Positions 1 to 10,573 of a stretch of DNA of 64,000 nucleotides are shown piece after piece. The translations under genes and the position numbers were made by a program. The notes beneath the pieces are model-generated. The model worked only from the letters and a program-made list of their open reading frames with translations. It searched no databases and was not told the origin of the DNA. The stretch is from a virus, in IMG/VR virus record IMGVR_UViG_3300047157_000073, positions 32,001 to 96,000 of that record; one strand, written 5' to 3'. How positions within the stretch are numbered: position 1 is the first letter of the stretch; every line of letters starts with the position of its first letter.

Positions 1-1
1 A

Positions 2-115
2 GATACAATTTCTTCAAAGGTAGCAGATGCACTAGAAACAAAAAGAAAAGAAGTAGCAAATACATTTGTTAAGTCTTCTGTCACACAGGATGAGGGAGAT
101 GGCGATAAAGTTTGA
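2..115 (+). CDS. 3' end of prohead core protein (gp67-like), partial
   Basis: Open frame DTISSKVADALETKRKEVANTF...DKV* at the window edge; position upstream of gp21 fits T4-like head gene order. Confidence 0.45.
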   Translation, partial: DTISSKVADALETKRKEVANTFVKSSVTQDEGDGDKV

Positions 116-347
116 TTCTTTTTATAAACCTTTTTTAGAAAAAGATGAACATAAGAAGTCTAAAGAATATAGGAAATTATCCCCTAAGATGAAATCTGCG
201 GTGGATGATATCTTTAAGGTTATGGATGCGAAACCTAATGATTTCCTAAATACTTTCGATAAAACAATAAAAACAGTAAGTAAGAAGAATAGGGTTCGTG
301 AAAAGGACTTAATTTCGTACTTTGAAAAAGAAGTACTGTCGATTTAA
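99..347 (+). CDS. small head-cluster protein (gp68-like position)
   Basis: ATG 99 after GAGGGAG; basic 82-aa protein within the prohead core cluster. Confidence 0.5.
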   Translation: MAIKFDSFYKPFLEKDEHKKSKEYRKLSPKMKSAVDDIFKVMDAKPNDFLNTFDKTIKTVSKKNRVREKDLISYFEKEVLSI

Positions 348-361
348 TAGGAGTTTAATTA

Positions 362-781
362 ATGTCATTCGTAACAACAACATTAAGAGATACAATAGTA
401 AATGCTGCTGGAGCTGGTGGAACTGTCACAGTTAAAGCAATATTTGACAATGATACTGCGGATAACTTAATTCTTGATGCACATACTTTAAGTGGTTTTG
501 CAAATGGAGCAAAATTAGATTTATCTAGAGCATGGTGGGGATTAACACAAGGAACTGCCGCAGCCAATACAGGTGATTGTATCATTAAATTTATTGGAGC
601 ATCTGCTAATGTAGTTGCATTACAACTTGCTGGAAGTGGCCACTATGATGGTTCTGCAGGTTTGATTTTAGGAAGTGCTACAAATACAACAGCAACATCA
701 TCTGATATAAATGCACAAACAAGAGGAACATCTGGTTTCGTTATATTAGAATTTAAAAAGGATGCTAACTACACAACATAG
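362..781 (+). CDS. hypothetical virion/structural protein
   Basis: 139 aa, Ala/Gly/Thr-rich, AGGAG RBS, lies in the head gene cluster. Confidence 0.55.
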   Translation: MSFVTTTLRDTIVNAAGAGGTVTVKAIFDNDTADNLILDAHTLSGFANGAKLDLSRAWWGLTQGTAAANTGDCIIKFIGASANVVALQLAGSGHYDGSAGLILGSATNTTATSSDINAQTRGTSGFVILEFKKDANYTT

Positions 782-789
782 AGAGAATT

Positions 790-1455
790 ATGAGTAATAA
801 AGTAAAATTAATATCCGAAGAATTTGCAAGTGATGTAGAATACATTACCGAAGAAAAAGAAAACGGAAAGAAAGAATATAAAATTAAAGGTATCTTTATG
901 CAGGCTGATATTAAAAACAAGAACGGCCGTGTGTATCCAATGGAAATACTTCAAAAAGAAGTTAACAGATATAATAAAGAATTCATCAAAGAGAAGCGTG
1001 CCTATGGTGAATTAGGACACCCAGAAGGTCCAACAATAAATTTAGAAAGAGCTTCTCACATGATAACTGCACTTTACCCTGACGGTAAAAACTTTATAGG
1101 AGAAGCTAAGATACTTGCAACACCTATGGGTGAAATCGTTAAGACCCTTATGGATGAGGGAGCTAAACTTGGTGTTTCTTCAAGAGGAATGGGAAGTTTA
1201 GAACAAAAGAAAGATGGTAGTAATTATGTGAGAAATGATTTTTATCTAGCTACAGCTGCTGATATCGTTTCAGACCCCTCTGCTCCTAGTGCTTTCGTTG
1301 AAGGTATCATGGAAGGTAAAGAATGGGTATGGAATCATGGAGCACTTGTGGAATCTGAGTTAATGGAAGCGAAAGAAAGAATCAACTCTAGAATTCGGAA
1401 AAAACAAGCATTAGAACAAAATTTGGAGTTTGCTAAATTCCTCAAATTGTTATAA
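790..1455 (+). CDS. gp21: prohead core protease gp21
   Basis: NKNGRVYP, GELGHP, GVSSRGMGS, DIVSDPSAP motifs. Confidence 0.97.
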   Translation: MSNKVKLISEEFASDVEYITEEKENGKKEYKIKGIFMQADIKNKNGRVYPMEILQKEVNRYNKEFIKEKRAYGELGHPEGPTINLERASHMITALYPDGKNFIGEAKILATPMGEIVKTLMDEGAKLGVSSRGMGSLEQKKDGSNYVRNDFYLATAADIVSDPSAPSAFVEGIMEGKEWVWNHGALVESELMEAKERINSRIRKKQALEQNLEFAKFLKLL

Positions 1456-1457
1456 TG

Positions 1458-1465
1458 TATAAATA
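1458..1465 (+). promoter_or_regulatory. T4-type late promoter (gp22)
   Basis: TATAAATA in the intergenic gap before gp22. Confidence 0.8.
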
Positions 1466-1526
1466 AGTGTTAATATAACGAAAAAGATATTAATTAATAA
1501 CAATAGATTTAACTAGGAGATATCCA

Positions 1527-2840
1527 ATGAGCGAAATCGAAAAAACTATTGAAGAATTAGAGGCAGAAGTCCTTAGTGAGCTTGAAGAACAATCGGATGC
1601 TCCTAAGAAAGGTGCAGCTCCCGCTGAACCTCAGTTAAAAGCTTCTGATGCTTCAAGTGTTACACCTGGGGGCGAAGTACAAGATATGGGCCCTGCAGTG
1701 ACACACCCCTCTGATAAGTCTGGCCCTGGTACTCAAGCTGGTAAAAAAGCTGATGAGAAAAAAGGCGATGCTGCTCAGAAAAGTGAAGGTAAACCTGATT
1801 CTGGTGATACACCAAATGACGGCAAAAAGAAAGTTGCTAAACCTTTGGCAGCTGGAGATACTGTTGAAGTAGAAGACGGACAAGAAATAATTGCTGAGAA
1901 AGAAGAAGTTGAAGAAATGTCTAAAATGGAAATGATTAAAGCAATGAAAGATATGGAAACAGAAATGAAAGACATGTCTATGGAAATGGTCAAAGCTACT
2001 TATGACAAAATGAAAGAAATGATGGCTAAAACTGAGGAAGCTTCAGAAGAAGATAAAGAAAAAGAAGCTCTACAGAAAGAAGCTGTTGAACAAAGAATTA
2101 AAACTATAGATGTTACAGAACATGTTGAAGCTCTTATGAGTGGAGAAGGTGACTTAACAGATGAGTTTAAAAAGAAAGCAGCTACTGTTTTCGAATCTGC
2201 AGTTAAATCTAAAGTTCGTGATGAAGTCACAAGACTTCAAGAAAACTATGACAACGAAATAGCAGAAGGTATTAAGTCTAACAAATCTGAACTTACAGAA
2301 AAAGTAGACACATACATGAACTATGTTGTAGAAGAATGGATGAAAGAAAATGAACTAGCAGTCGAAAGAGGTCTAAAAGGAGAAATCGCTGAAGACTTCA
2401 TAGCTGGTTTGAAACAGTTGTTTGAAGACCATTATGTTGACATCCCAGATGACAAGTATGATGTACTACAAGCACAATCAGACAAAATTGCAGAGTTAGA
2501 AGAAAAAGTTAATAAGACTTTAGATGAATCAATAGAATATAAAAAGTCTAATGATGACCTAACTCGTAATAAAGTTATTTCAGAAATGTCTTCTGATTTA
2601 GCTGATACCGAAATTGAAAAGTTCAAAGGTCTTACTGAAGATGTAGACTTCGGAAACGAAGAAGACTTCAAAGGTAAACTTGAAACTTTAAAAGAAAGTT
2701 ATTTCCCTAAAGTTAAAAAGGAAACAACCGAAAATATAGATAATGTAGAAACTGGCCCTGCACAGGACATTGACATAACAGATTCGATGGCTGCTTATAG
2801 TAAAGCAATCGGAACTGCTGTTAAGGGTGCAACTAAGTAA
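1527..2840 (+). CDS. gp22: prohead scaffolding protein gp22
   Basis: Acidic coiled coil; KAATVFE, YMNYVVEEW..ENELAVERG, LFEDHY, KLETLKESYF; lies between gp21 and gp23. Confidence 0.95.
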   Translation: MSEIEKTIEELEAEVLSELEEQSDAPKKGAAPAEPQLKASDASSVTPGGEVQDMGPAVTHPSDKSGPGTQAGKKADEKKGDAAQKSEGKPDSGDTPNDGKKKVAKPLAAGDTVEVEDGQEIIAEKEEVEEMSKMEMIKAMKDMETEMKDMSMEMVKATYDKMKEMMAKTEEASEEDKEKEALQKEAVEQRIKTIDVTEHVEALMSGEGDLTDEFKKKAATVFESAVKSKVRDEVTRLQENYDNEIAEGIKSNKSELTEKVDTYMNYVVEEWMKENELAVERGLKGEIAEDFIAGLKQLFEDHYVDIPDDKYDVLQAQSDKIAELEEKVNKTLDESIEYKKSNDDLTRNKVISEMSSDLADTEIEKFKGLTEDVDFGNEEDFKGKLETLKESYFPKVKKETTENIDNVETGPAQDIDITDSMAAYSKAIGTAVKGATK

Positions 2841-2843
2841 TAA

Positions 2844-2851
2844 TATAAATA
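2844..2851 (+). promoter_or_regulatory. T4-type late promoter (gp23)
   Basis: TATAAATA then AGGAGA RBS. Confidence 0.85.
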
Positions 2852-2875
2852 GTAGAAATATAGGAGATAATAACA

Positions 2876-4198
2876 ATGTTTCAAACAGAAAATCTACAAG
2901 AAAAGTGGTCGCCAGTCCTTGCACATCCCGATTTGCCAAAGATTGAGGATTCGTATAAAAGGGCAGTAACTACTGTAATTCTTGAAAACCAAGAAAAAGC
3001 TATCAAAGAAGATAGAAGTTTCTTAAAAGAAGCAGCTCCAACAAACAGCACTGGTGCTGATGTTGAGAACTGGGACCCAATTTTAATATCGTTAGTTAGA
3101 CGTTCAATGCCTAACTTAATTGCATATGATATCTGCGGTGTACAACCAATGACAGGTCCAACTGGCTTAATCTTTGCTATGAGAGCAAGATTTGCATCTA
3201 TGGACGGGGGCGAGGCTCTCGGAGATGAAGCAGATTCTGGTTTCTCTAATGATGACGCAGCTGGTAACCTAACTTCATCTGCAATGACAGGTTCAAACCC
3301 TGCAACTCTAAACGATAGCCCAAGTGCTGGTACATACTTGTCACCAACAGGTATGACATTGGCTCAAGGTGAAGCTTTAGGTGATACAAACACTAATGCT
3401 TTCGCTGAAATGGCTTTCAGTATAGAAAAAACAACAGTAACTGCTGTAACTCGTGCGTTAAAAGCTGAGTATACAATGGAACTTGCGCAAGACTTAAAAG
3501 CAATTCATGGTCTAGATGCAGAAACAGAACTAGCAAATATCTTGTCTGGTGAAATTCTTGCTGAGATAAACCGTGAAGTAGTTAGAAGTATTTATATTTC
3601 GGCTGTTGCTGGTGCTCAAGTAAACACAACAACTGCTGGAATCTTTGACTTAGACACAGATTCAAATGGTCGTTGGTCTGTTGAGAAATTCAAAGGTTTA
3701 ATGTTCGCTCTGGAAAGAGATGCTAACGCTATCGGACAACAAACTCGTAGAGGAAAAGGTAACATAATCATCTGTTCTGCTGATGTAGCTTCGGCTCTTC
3801 AAATGGCTGGAGTATTAGATTATACACCTGCTCTAAACAACAACTTAAATGTTGATGACACATCTGCTACATTCGCTGGTGTTATGAACGGTAGATTTAA
3901 AGTGTATGTTGACCCATATGCTGCTAATGTCGCTGCTTCACAATACTATGTTGTAGGATATAAAGGTACTTCACCTTACGATGCTGGTGTCTTCTACTGT
4001 CCATATGTACCACTACAAATGGTTCGTGCGGTAGGTGAAAACACTTTCCAACCAAAAATTGGATTTAAAACTCGTTATGGTATAGCATCTAACCCATTCC
4101 ACACAGGAGTGATAGCTGCTGGTACTGCAGAATCAACTGCGATTACTGCAAATACTAACAAGTACTACAGACGCGTAAAAGTAACAAACTTAATGTAA
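2876..4198 (+). CDS. gp23: major capsid protein gp23
   Basis: EKWSPVL, GVQPMTGPTGLIFAMR, RALKAEYTMELAQDLKAIHGLDAE, FQPKIGFKTRYG. Confidence 0.99.
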   Translation: MFQTENLQEKWSPVLAHPDLPKIEDSYKRAVTTVILENQEKAIKEDRSFLKEAAPTNSTGADVENWDPILISLVRRSMPNLIAYDICGVQPMTGPTGLIFAMRARFASMDGGEALGDEADSGFSNDDAAGNLTSSAMTGSNPATLNDSPSAGTYLSPTGMTLAQGEALGDTNTNAFAEMAFSIEKTTVTAVTRALKAEYTMELAQDLKAIHGLDAETELANILSGEILAEINREVVRSIYISAVAGAQVNTTTAGIFDLDTDSNGRWSVEKFKGLMFALERDANAIGQQTRRGKGNIIICSADVASALQMAGVLDYTPALNNNLNVDDTSATFAGVMNGRFKVYVDPYAANVAASQYYVVGYKGTSPYDAGVFYCPYVPLQMVRAVGENTFQPKIGFKTRYGIASNPFHTGVIAAGTAESTAITANTNKYYRRVKVTNLM

Positions 4199-4223
4199 GA
4201 TTGTTTCTTTCAACAAATGAATT

Positions 4224-4248
4224 GGGGGCTTCGGCCCCCTTTTTATTT
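4224..4248 (+). terminator. rho-independent terminator after gp23
   Basis: GGGGGC-TTCG-GCCCCC followed by a T-tract. Confidence 0.9.
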
Positions 4249-4276
4249 CCCCACCATAAAATAAATGGACAAACCC

Positions 4277-4306
4277 TTGACAAAAGATGTTTTAGTATGT
4301 TAGTCT
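4277..4306 (+). promoter_or_regulatory. sigma70-type early promoter upstream of alkB-like gene
   Basis: CCC-TTGACA, 18 bp spacer, TGn-TAGTCT; same family as the other early promoters. Confidence 0.55.
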
Positions 4307-4406
4307 AGCATCATGAAGTTATATTCTATAAGGAATTATTAGTATATTAACAAATACTAATCTAGACAAATAATGGACAAAAGTTAAATACTAGGTTTTT
4401 TTTCTT

Positions 4407-4414
4407 TATAAATA
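4407..4414 (+). promoter_or_regulatory. T4-type late promoter upstream of alkB-like gene
   Basis: TATAAATA. Confidence 0.7.
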
Positions 4415-4423
4415 TAATCAGAT

Positions 4424-4555
4424 ATGTGTTGGAATAGACATCCCTCACTTTCATTCCAAATTGAAAGTGTTCCTTATGTCACATGACTAACACATGGATA
4501 AGTCATTCACAAGGCTGTGAGTGATATAACTATTTCGTGGGAGGAAATACGAAAT
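4424..4555 (+). other. structured 5' leader RNA (three consecutive stem-loops)
   Basis: Nested stems ATGTGTTGG/CTAACACAT, GACAT/ATGTC, CACTTTCA/TGAAAGTG; hairpin TCATTCACA/TGTGAGTGA; hairpin ATTTCGT/ACGAAAT enclosing the SD. Confidence 0.55.
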
Positions 4556-5784
4556 GGGAAATATTTTATTAAACCTTAGATACCTATTAGCACCTGTGTT
4601 AATCATAGTTGCTGGTGCAGGTGTCTTAATTGGTGGCATAATGGCATGGCTAGGAGTAGTTTTACTATTCGTAGGTTTACTTGTCGATATTGCTACTAAA
4701 TTCGAAACATCAGGCGTAGGATATGATGAAAATGGAGATAGTTTAGGTTGGGCAAGTTTCCAAAACTTAACTATGTACTTCATGTTACCAATCTTTGTAC
4801 TGTTTCAACTAGTCATGGCGTGGAGAGTATCTACATACATGTCACTAGGTGGAATGGAAGGCGAAGTCGTAATGTCAATCATACCTGGTCTATTAGTCAT
4901 GCACGAAGGCATAACAGGTCTTAACTTAATCGGTGCAACATTATCATCTGGTATCTTTATTGGAATCGGAATCATCTATGGTCATGAGTTATCTCATACT
5001 AAAGGATTTGGATTCGTAATATCAAGAACTATGATGGCGTTATCTGGTTCAGCACATTTCTGTTACGCTCATGTATACAACCATCATCTAGAACTTGCAA
5101 GTGAAGATGACCCTGCTACTGCTCCTAGAGGGCGTACAATATATGGTCACTATCCACTATCATATCTAGGTCAGTCTAAATTCTTATTCAATATGGAAAA
5201 AGAAAGACTAGCTCGTATGGGTGTATCACTTTATCTCTTGGCAAAATCGTTGGATAAGAGGATATCTAATGGCAGTGCCAACAGTTGCATTATTCTTTGC
5301 AGCTGGTGGTTGGATAGGAATGGCAGTACTAGCAACAATTTGGGGAATCTCAAACTTTGAGCTAGAAGCACTTAACTATCTAGAACACTACGGATTAATT
5401 CGTGTGAAAGACCAACCAATTGATTACAGACATAATTGGGATAATTCAACAGCTTTTACTGCATGGTTCTTTATTGAAATCGGCAGACAAGCAGACCACC
5501 ATGACAGAGGTGAAACTCATTTCTGGGAATTGGAAAATGTTGGTTGCCCAAATACAGGTTGGGGATACTTTGTAGTATTCTTTATCGCTCTCGTACCGCC
5601 AATCTGGCATTGGTACATGCGTAAAAGACTAGCTGCTTGGGATACACATTTTGCAACAGATGAAGAACAAGCAATTGCTAGAAGAATCAACAAAGAAGTT
5701 GGTTATGAAGGCACACCATTTGTTGGAGATGTATTACAAGACGCTGGTAATGTAGACTTAGGTCTTCGTTCAGCTAGAAAGTAA
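4554..5784 (+). CDS. alkB: AlkB-like membrane di-iron alkane monooxygenase (one frameshift near 5220-5235)
   Basis: Multiple TM helices; His boxes HELSH, HVYNHH, NYLEHYG, RQADHH; DPATA motif; ORFs 4554-5360 and 5221-5784 join. Confidence 0.85.
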
Positions 5785-5806
5785 TTACTCTAAATACTTA
5801 CGGAAT

Positions 5807-5836
5807 TGGGGTGTGATGAACACCCCTTTTCTTTTT
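5807..5836 (+). terminator. rho-independent terminator after alkB
   Basis: GGGGTGT-gatga-ACACCCC followed by a T-tract. Confidence 0.8.
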
Positions 5837-5855
5837 AAGTCTTATAAATAACAGT

Positions 5856-6446
5856 ATGACAACAGAAACATCACCACTCAATAGACAACCTACTGCATTA
5901 GACTATACAAGTCCTACACAGTTTCGTTTTCTAATTAATCAATTACCTAAAGTACAATACTTTACTACTGAAGCAAATCTACCTGGTATTACATTAGATG
6001 AATTAGAACTTGGTTCACCACTTAAAGATTTACCACTATTAGGTTCTAAATTAACTTATGATGATTTAACAATAACATTTATTGTTGATGAAAATCTAGA
6101 AAACTATATTGAAATGCATACATGGTTAACAGCAATTGGATTTCCAAAAGATAGAAAACAATTTAGAGATTTTAGAAGTACAACATCAAATGTTGCAACA
6201 GCTACAAGAGGTGAAAGTAAAGACATAGGTGATGTAAAGGCACCAACACCTGAAATATCTATGAGTAGTGATGCTGTATTAACTATACTAACAAACAAAA
6301 ACAATCCTGTAGTAGAGTGTAGATTTGCAGATGTTTTTCCTACAAGTTTAAGTGGATTAACTTATTCTCAAAATCAAACTGATGTTGAATATCTTACAGC
6401 AACAGTAAACTTTAAATATAAATTATACGAAATAATAACACTATAA
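5856..6446 (+). CDS. gp3: tail completion / tube terminator gp3
   Basis: SPTQFRF, ANLPGI, LTITFIVDENLENY..MHTW, FPTSLS; late promoter TATAAATA at 5843. Confidence 0.85.
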   Translation: MTTETSPLNRQPTALDYTSPTQFRFLINQLPKVQYFTTEANLPGITLDELELGSPLKDLPLLGSKLTYDDLTITFIVDENLENYIEMHTWLTAIGFPKDRKQFRDFRSTTSNVATATRGESKDIGDVKAPTPEISMSSDAVLTILTNKNNPVVECRFADVFPTSLSGLTYSQNQTDVEYLTATVNFKYKLYEIITL

Positions 6447-6477
6447 ATAGTTATAGATTTATTATTGTGGAGTGAAC

Positions 6478-6905
6478 ATGACCTTAGATGAATTAAAAAT
6501 TCAAGTCGCAATGACTTGAAAGTAAATGATGAAAGACTTGATACCGAATCTTTAAAAAATCAAGAACTATATTCAAAGTACTTAGAAATAAAAAGTAACT
6601 TTGAGTTATTGATGTATAAAGCAAAAGGTGATTACAAAATACTTTATCGTGATAAGTGGGAATACTATGGCGGTAAAGCAGACGCAAAGATTTACGAAAC
6701 AAAACCTTTCGATTTAAAAGTACTTAAATCAGACTTATCTATCTACATTGAATCAGATGAAGATATAATTAAAATGGAAAATAAAATAGTATACTTAGAA
6801 ACAGTTATCAAGTATGTTGATGGTGTACTTAAATCTATAAGTGCTAGAGGTTGGGATATCAAAAATGCTATACAATGGAAAAACTTTGAAGCAGGATTGA
6901 TGTAA
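6478..6905 (+). CDS. uvsY: recombination mediator UvsY (frameshift near 5' end)
   Basis: KWEYYGGKAD, PFDLKVLKSD, RGWDIKNAIQW; ATG 6478 after GGAG; TATAAATA at 6442. Confidence 0.9.
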
Positions 6906-7423
6906 TGTTTGCAGTATCATATGATAATTTTTTAGAGGAACATATTGCACAACTCATAGACTTTGAAATGAGAGAAGTAAAGTGGCAATATGATTATGAT
7001 AGTAAACCAAATGGAACTCAAAAACATTGGCATGTATTTTGTGGACACAATATTGAAGAATGTAAATTAAATGGATTTGATTTTATTGAACCCATTTGGA
7101 ATTGTATACAAAATCAAGGTTATAAAATAGAATTAGAAAGAGCATATTTAAATGCTCATACTTATGGAATAGAACCACATATTCATAGAGATGATGGTGA
7201 TGTCACTATGATATATTATCCTAGATTAGATTGGAAAATAGATTGGGGTGGTGGAACTGCAATTTATAATAATGAAGTAACAGAGATTGGAAAACATTTT
7301 GTTAACAAAGGTAATAGATTAATTATGTTTGATGCTGACTTACCACATCAAGCACAACCGATTAGTAGATTATGTTTTCAATTAAGAACATGTATAGTAT
7401 TCAAAACAAACAGAGTGACTTAG
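6905..7423 (+). CDS. 2OG-Fe(II) oxygenase
   Basis: HxD (HRD), WGGGT, NRLIMFD, distal PH, C-terminal R. Confidence 0.85.
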   Translation: MFAVSYDNFLEEHIAQLIDFEMREVKWQYDYDSKPNGTQKHWHVFCGHNIEECKLNGFDFIEPIWNCIQNQGYKIELERAYLNAHTYGIEPHIHRDDGDVTMIYYPRLDWKIDWGGGTAIYNNEVTEIGKHFVNKGNRLIMFDADLPHQAQPISRLCFQLRTCIVFKTNRVT

Positions 7424-7425
7424 CA

Positions 7426-7989
7426 ATGTTAAACTACTATAAATTTATTGGACATTATAAAAATATAGTTAGTCAAGAATTATGTAATGCTATAATTGAA
7501 GAAGATTTTAATTATAATGAATCTACTTACTCTACTCATGAAGGCCAGTCACCAGATTGGAAAAAAAATAAAAGAGTTAAAATGGATGAGATATGGATTC
7601 GTAAAGACCATGTTTTTTATGAGGCATTAAATCATGCTGTTTCTGATGTGGCAGAAAGATACTCAGAAGAAATTAAGAAGACTAAAAGAGATTTTGTAGT
7701 ACAAAAGACAACAGACTTTAGATTAAACAAATATGAAAAAGGTGGATACATGAGTTTACATTGTGATAATATACATCATAGTCATGGTCAACAATATGGA
7801 TTTCCACAAGCCTCAGTTTTATTATTTTTAAATGATGATTTTGAGGGTGGTGAATTTGTTGTATCTGAATTACAATTAAATATTAAGAAAGGTGATGCTA
7901 TTATTTTTCCGTCTAATTTTATGTTTCCACATGAAGTTAAAAAAGTTACACAAGGAACACGCTGGAGTATTGTATCATGGTTGATGTAA
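7426..7989 (+). CDS. 2OG-Fe(II) oxygenase (prolyl-hydroxylase-like)
   Basis: HCD, LNDDFEGGEF, FPSNFMFPHEV, GTRWSIVSW. Confidence 0.9.
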   Translation: MLNYYKFIGHYKNIVSQELCNAIIEEDFNYNESTYSTHEGQSPDWKKNKRVKMDEIWIRKDHVFYEALNHAVSDVAERYSEEIKKTKRDFVVQKTTDFRLNKYEKGGYMSLHCDNIHHSHGQQYGFPQASVLLFLNDDFEGGEFVVSELQLNIKKGDAIIFPSNFMFPHEVKKVTQGTRWSIVSWLM

Positions 7990-8570
7990 CTCAACACAAA
8001 GTATTTCCTACTATCATAAATGAATTTCAATTTGGTATGGATAAACAAGAACATGATTTAGTTATTGATGAGCTTAATGACATGGAAAAGTATAAAGAAA
8101 ATAATCTTATTACTCAAACCACAGATGACTTGTCTAAACATATACCAAAGTTTACAAAAAAAATTTATAATATTACAGAACATATATGTGAAAAATATTC
8201 ATACCTATATGATAGATTAGAATTTACAGGTATGTGGGCAAACAAATTAATAAAGGGTGAAGTACATCCACCACATACACATTCCAATAATATTTTTTCT
8301 GGTGTGTACTATCTAGAAGGTGGTTCACAAATACAATTTTTTGACCCAAGACCACAGGCAACTGTTTTACATCCTAACTTAAAATATACTAACTTTGAGA
8401 ACTCTGGTATGATAGGATTTAATTCATCAAAGGGATATGGTTTAATTTTTCCTAGTTGGTTACAACATTGGGTATCTACAACAGACACAACCAGAATTAG
8501 TATATCATGGAATATATTATTAAGAGGTGACTATGGACAACCAAACACATTACAAAATTCACATATCTAA
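7977..8570 (+). CDS. putative 2OG-Fe(II) oxygenase (TIGR02466-like)
   Basis: WAN, HTH, SGVYY, FFDPRP, FPSWLQHWV, RISISWN. Confidence 0.85.
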   Translation: MVDVTQHKVFPTIINEFQFGMDKQEHDLVIDELNDMEKYKENNLITQTTDDLSKHIPKFTKKIYNITEHICEKYSYLYDRLEFTGMWANKLIKGEVHPPHTHSNNIFSGVYYLEGGSQIQFFDPRPQATVLHPNLKYTNFENSGMIGFNSSKGYGLIFPSWLQHWVSTTDTTRISISWNILLRGDYGQPNTLQNSHI

Positions 8571-10021
8571 ACTCAACGAAGTTTATTTAAAAGTAGAATG
8601 TGATAACTCTGGTATATGTTATGAGTTAGTACAGTACTTTACATTTGAAGTGCCTGGTCATAAATTTATGCCTGCATACAGAAATAAAGTTTGGGATGGT
8701 AAGATAAGATTATTCTCAGATAAAACAGGTAAAATATATGTGGGTTTATTATCTTACATAAAAGAGTTTTGTGATAGAAACGAAATAGAATATGTTATTG
8801 CTGATGATGTAGATGATACAGATAATTTAGATATAGAAAAAGTAAAAGACTTTGTTAAATCTTTAAAACCACAATCAAAAGGTAAATTATTAGAAATTAG
8901 AGATTATCAGCTTGATGCTATACAATGCGCACTGAGTAATCATAGAGGAATGTTAGTTTCGCCGACTGCTAGCGGGAAGTCATTAATCATATATGCACTC
9001 ATAAGATTCTATAACTACTTACTTAAAGATAAAAAGATATTAATACTTGTACCAACTACATCATTAGTAGAACAGATGTATTCTGATTTTATTGACTATG
9101 GTTGGAATGATAAATACTTACATAGAATATATCAAGGTCATGAAAAGGTAACAGACAAACCTATAATTATTTCAACATGGCAGTCTACTCTATAAGTTAG
9201 ATAAAAAATATTTTGAAAATTTTGGATGTGTTGTTGGAGATGAAGCACATCTATTTAAATCTAAGTCATTGACTACAATCATGACTAAACTGATAAATTG
9301 TAAATATCGTTTTGGAATGACAGGTACTTTAGATGGTACACAAACACATAGATTAGTTTTAGAAGGTCTGTTTGGTAAAGTAGAAAAAGTAACAACCACA
9401 AAAGAGTTAATGGATAAAGATACTTTGGCTAATCTTAAAATTAAGTGTCTAGTATTAAAACATAAAGAAAGTGAGTGTAAAGAAGTAAAAGATTTAAAGT
9501 ATAGTGAGGAGTTACAGTACATAGTGGCTCACAAGACACGAAATGACTTTATTTCAAGACTTTGTGATAAATTGAGTGGTAATACACTATGTTTATATCA
9601 GCTAGTCGAAAAACACGGGCTAGTGTTGTATAATCTAATGAAAGACTTTGATAGAAAAGTATTCTTTATACATGGTGGAACAGACACAGAAACAAGAGAA
9701 AAAATTAGAGCAATAACGGAGAAAGAAACAAATGCAATCATTGTCGCGTCGTATGGTACATTTAGTACTGGTATTAATATTAGGAACTTGCATAATATCG
9801 TGTTCGCATCTCCGTCTAAGTCTAGAATACGAGTGCTCCAATCCATCGGCCGTGGGTTGCGTAAATCAGATAAAGGCGATATACGAACAACCCTTTTAGA
9901 TATTGCTGATGACTTTACATATAAGGATAGGAAGAATTTTACACTAAATCACTTTTTAGAAAGAATAAATATATACAACGAAGAAGAATTTGATTACGAA
10001 ATAGATAGGATAAGGATATGA
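8533..10021 (+). CDS. uvsW: RNA-DNA/DNA helicase UvsW (frameshift near 9190)
   Basis: WDGKIRLF, SPTASGKS, GDEAH, GMTGT, QSIGRGLR. Confidence 0.95.
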
Positions 10022-10530
10022 CAGATAACACTACTAGAGTAATAAAATTAGCAAATGGTGAGAGTATCGTTTGTACTTGTATACCTACAAGGACAGATGA
10101 AGCTTCTACTAAACTACATGTACTACATCCATTAAAAATGGAATTAAAAAATAGAATCACTAAGAAAGGTGTTGTTGAGGCATTATCTTTATCTCGTTGG
10201 TTACAACCATTTACAGAATCAGATGAATTTGATATTGAAAAATCAACAATCATAACAGTTACACCAGCATCATATGCTTTAAATAATTACTATCAAACAA
10301 TGTTAAACTCATATAGTGCTGCAGATGCTGAGGCAAATGAACCCATTGTACAAAGAACTAGAGAAGAAGATGAAGAAGATGAATTTGAAGACACAGAAAC
10401 AGTAAGAGAAATGTTTAATGAATATGTATCTACATTAAGTGGTCAAAATAAAGAAAAAGAATTAGTACAAGAAGAAATATCAGAAGAAGATTTAGATAAT
10501 ATGATAACATCTAATGATACCAAACATTAA
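10018..10530 (+). CDS. conserved hypothetical protein between uvsW and gp55
   Basis: VIKLANGESIV N-terminus, WLQPF, acidic tail; typical T4-like position. Confidence 0.7.
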   Translation: MTDNTTRVIKLANGESIVCTCIPTRTDEASTKLHVLHPLKMELKNRITKKGVVEALSLSRWLQPFTESDEFDIEKSTIITVTPASYALNNYYQTMLNSYSAADAEANEPIVQRTREEDEEDEFEDTETVREMFNEYVSTLSGQNKEKELVQEEISEEDLDNMITSNDTKH

Positions 10531-10573
10531 CCATCTCTTTAGAGTATATATTATTCTCCGCTGGAACACAGCG

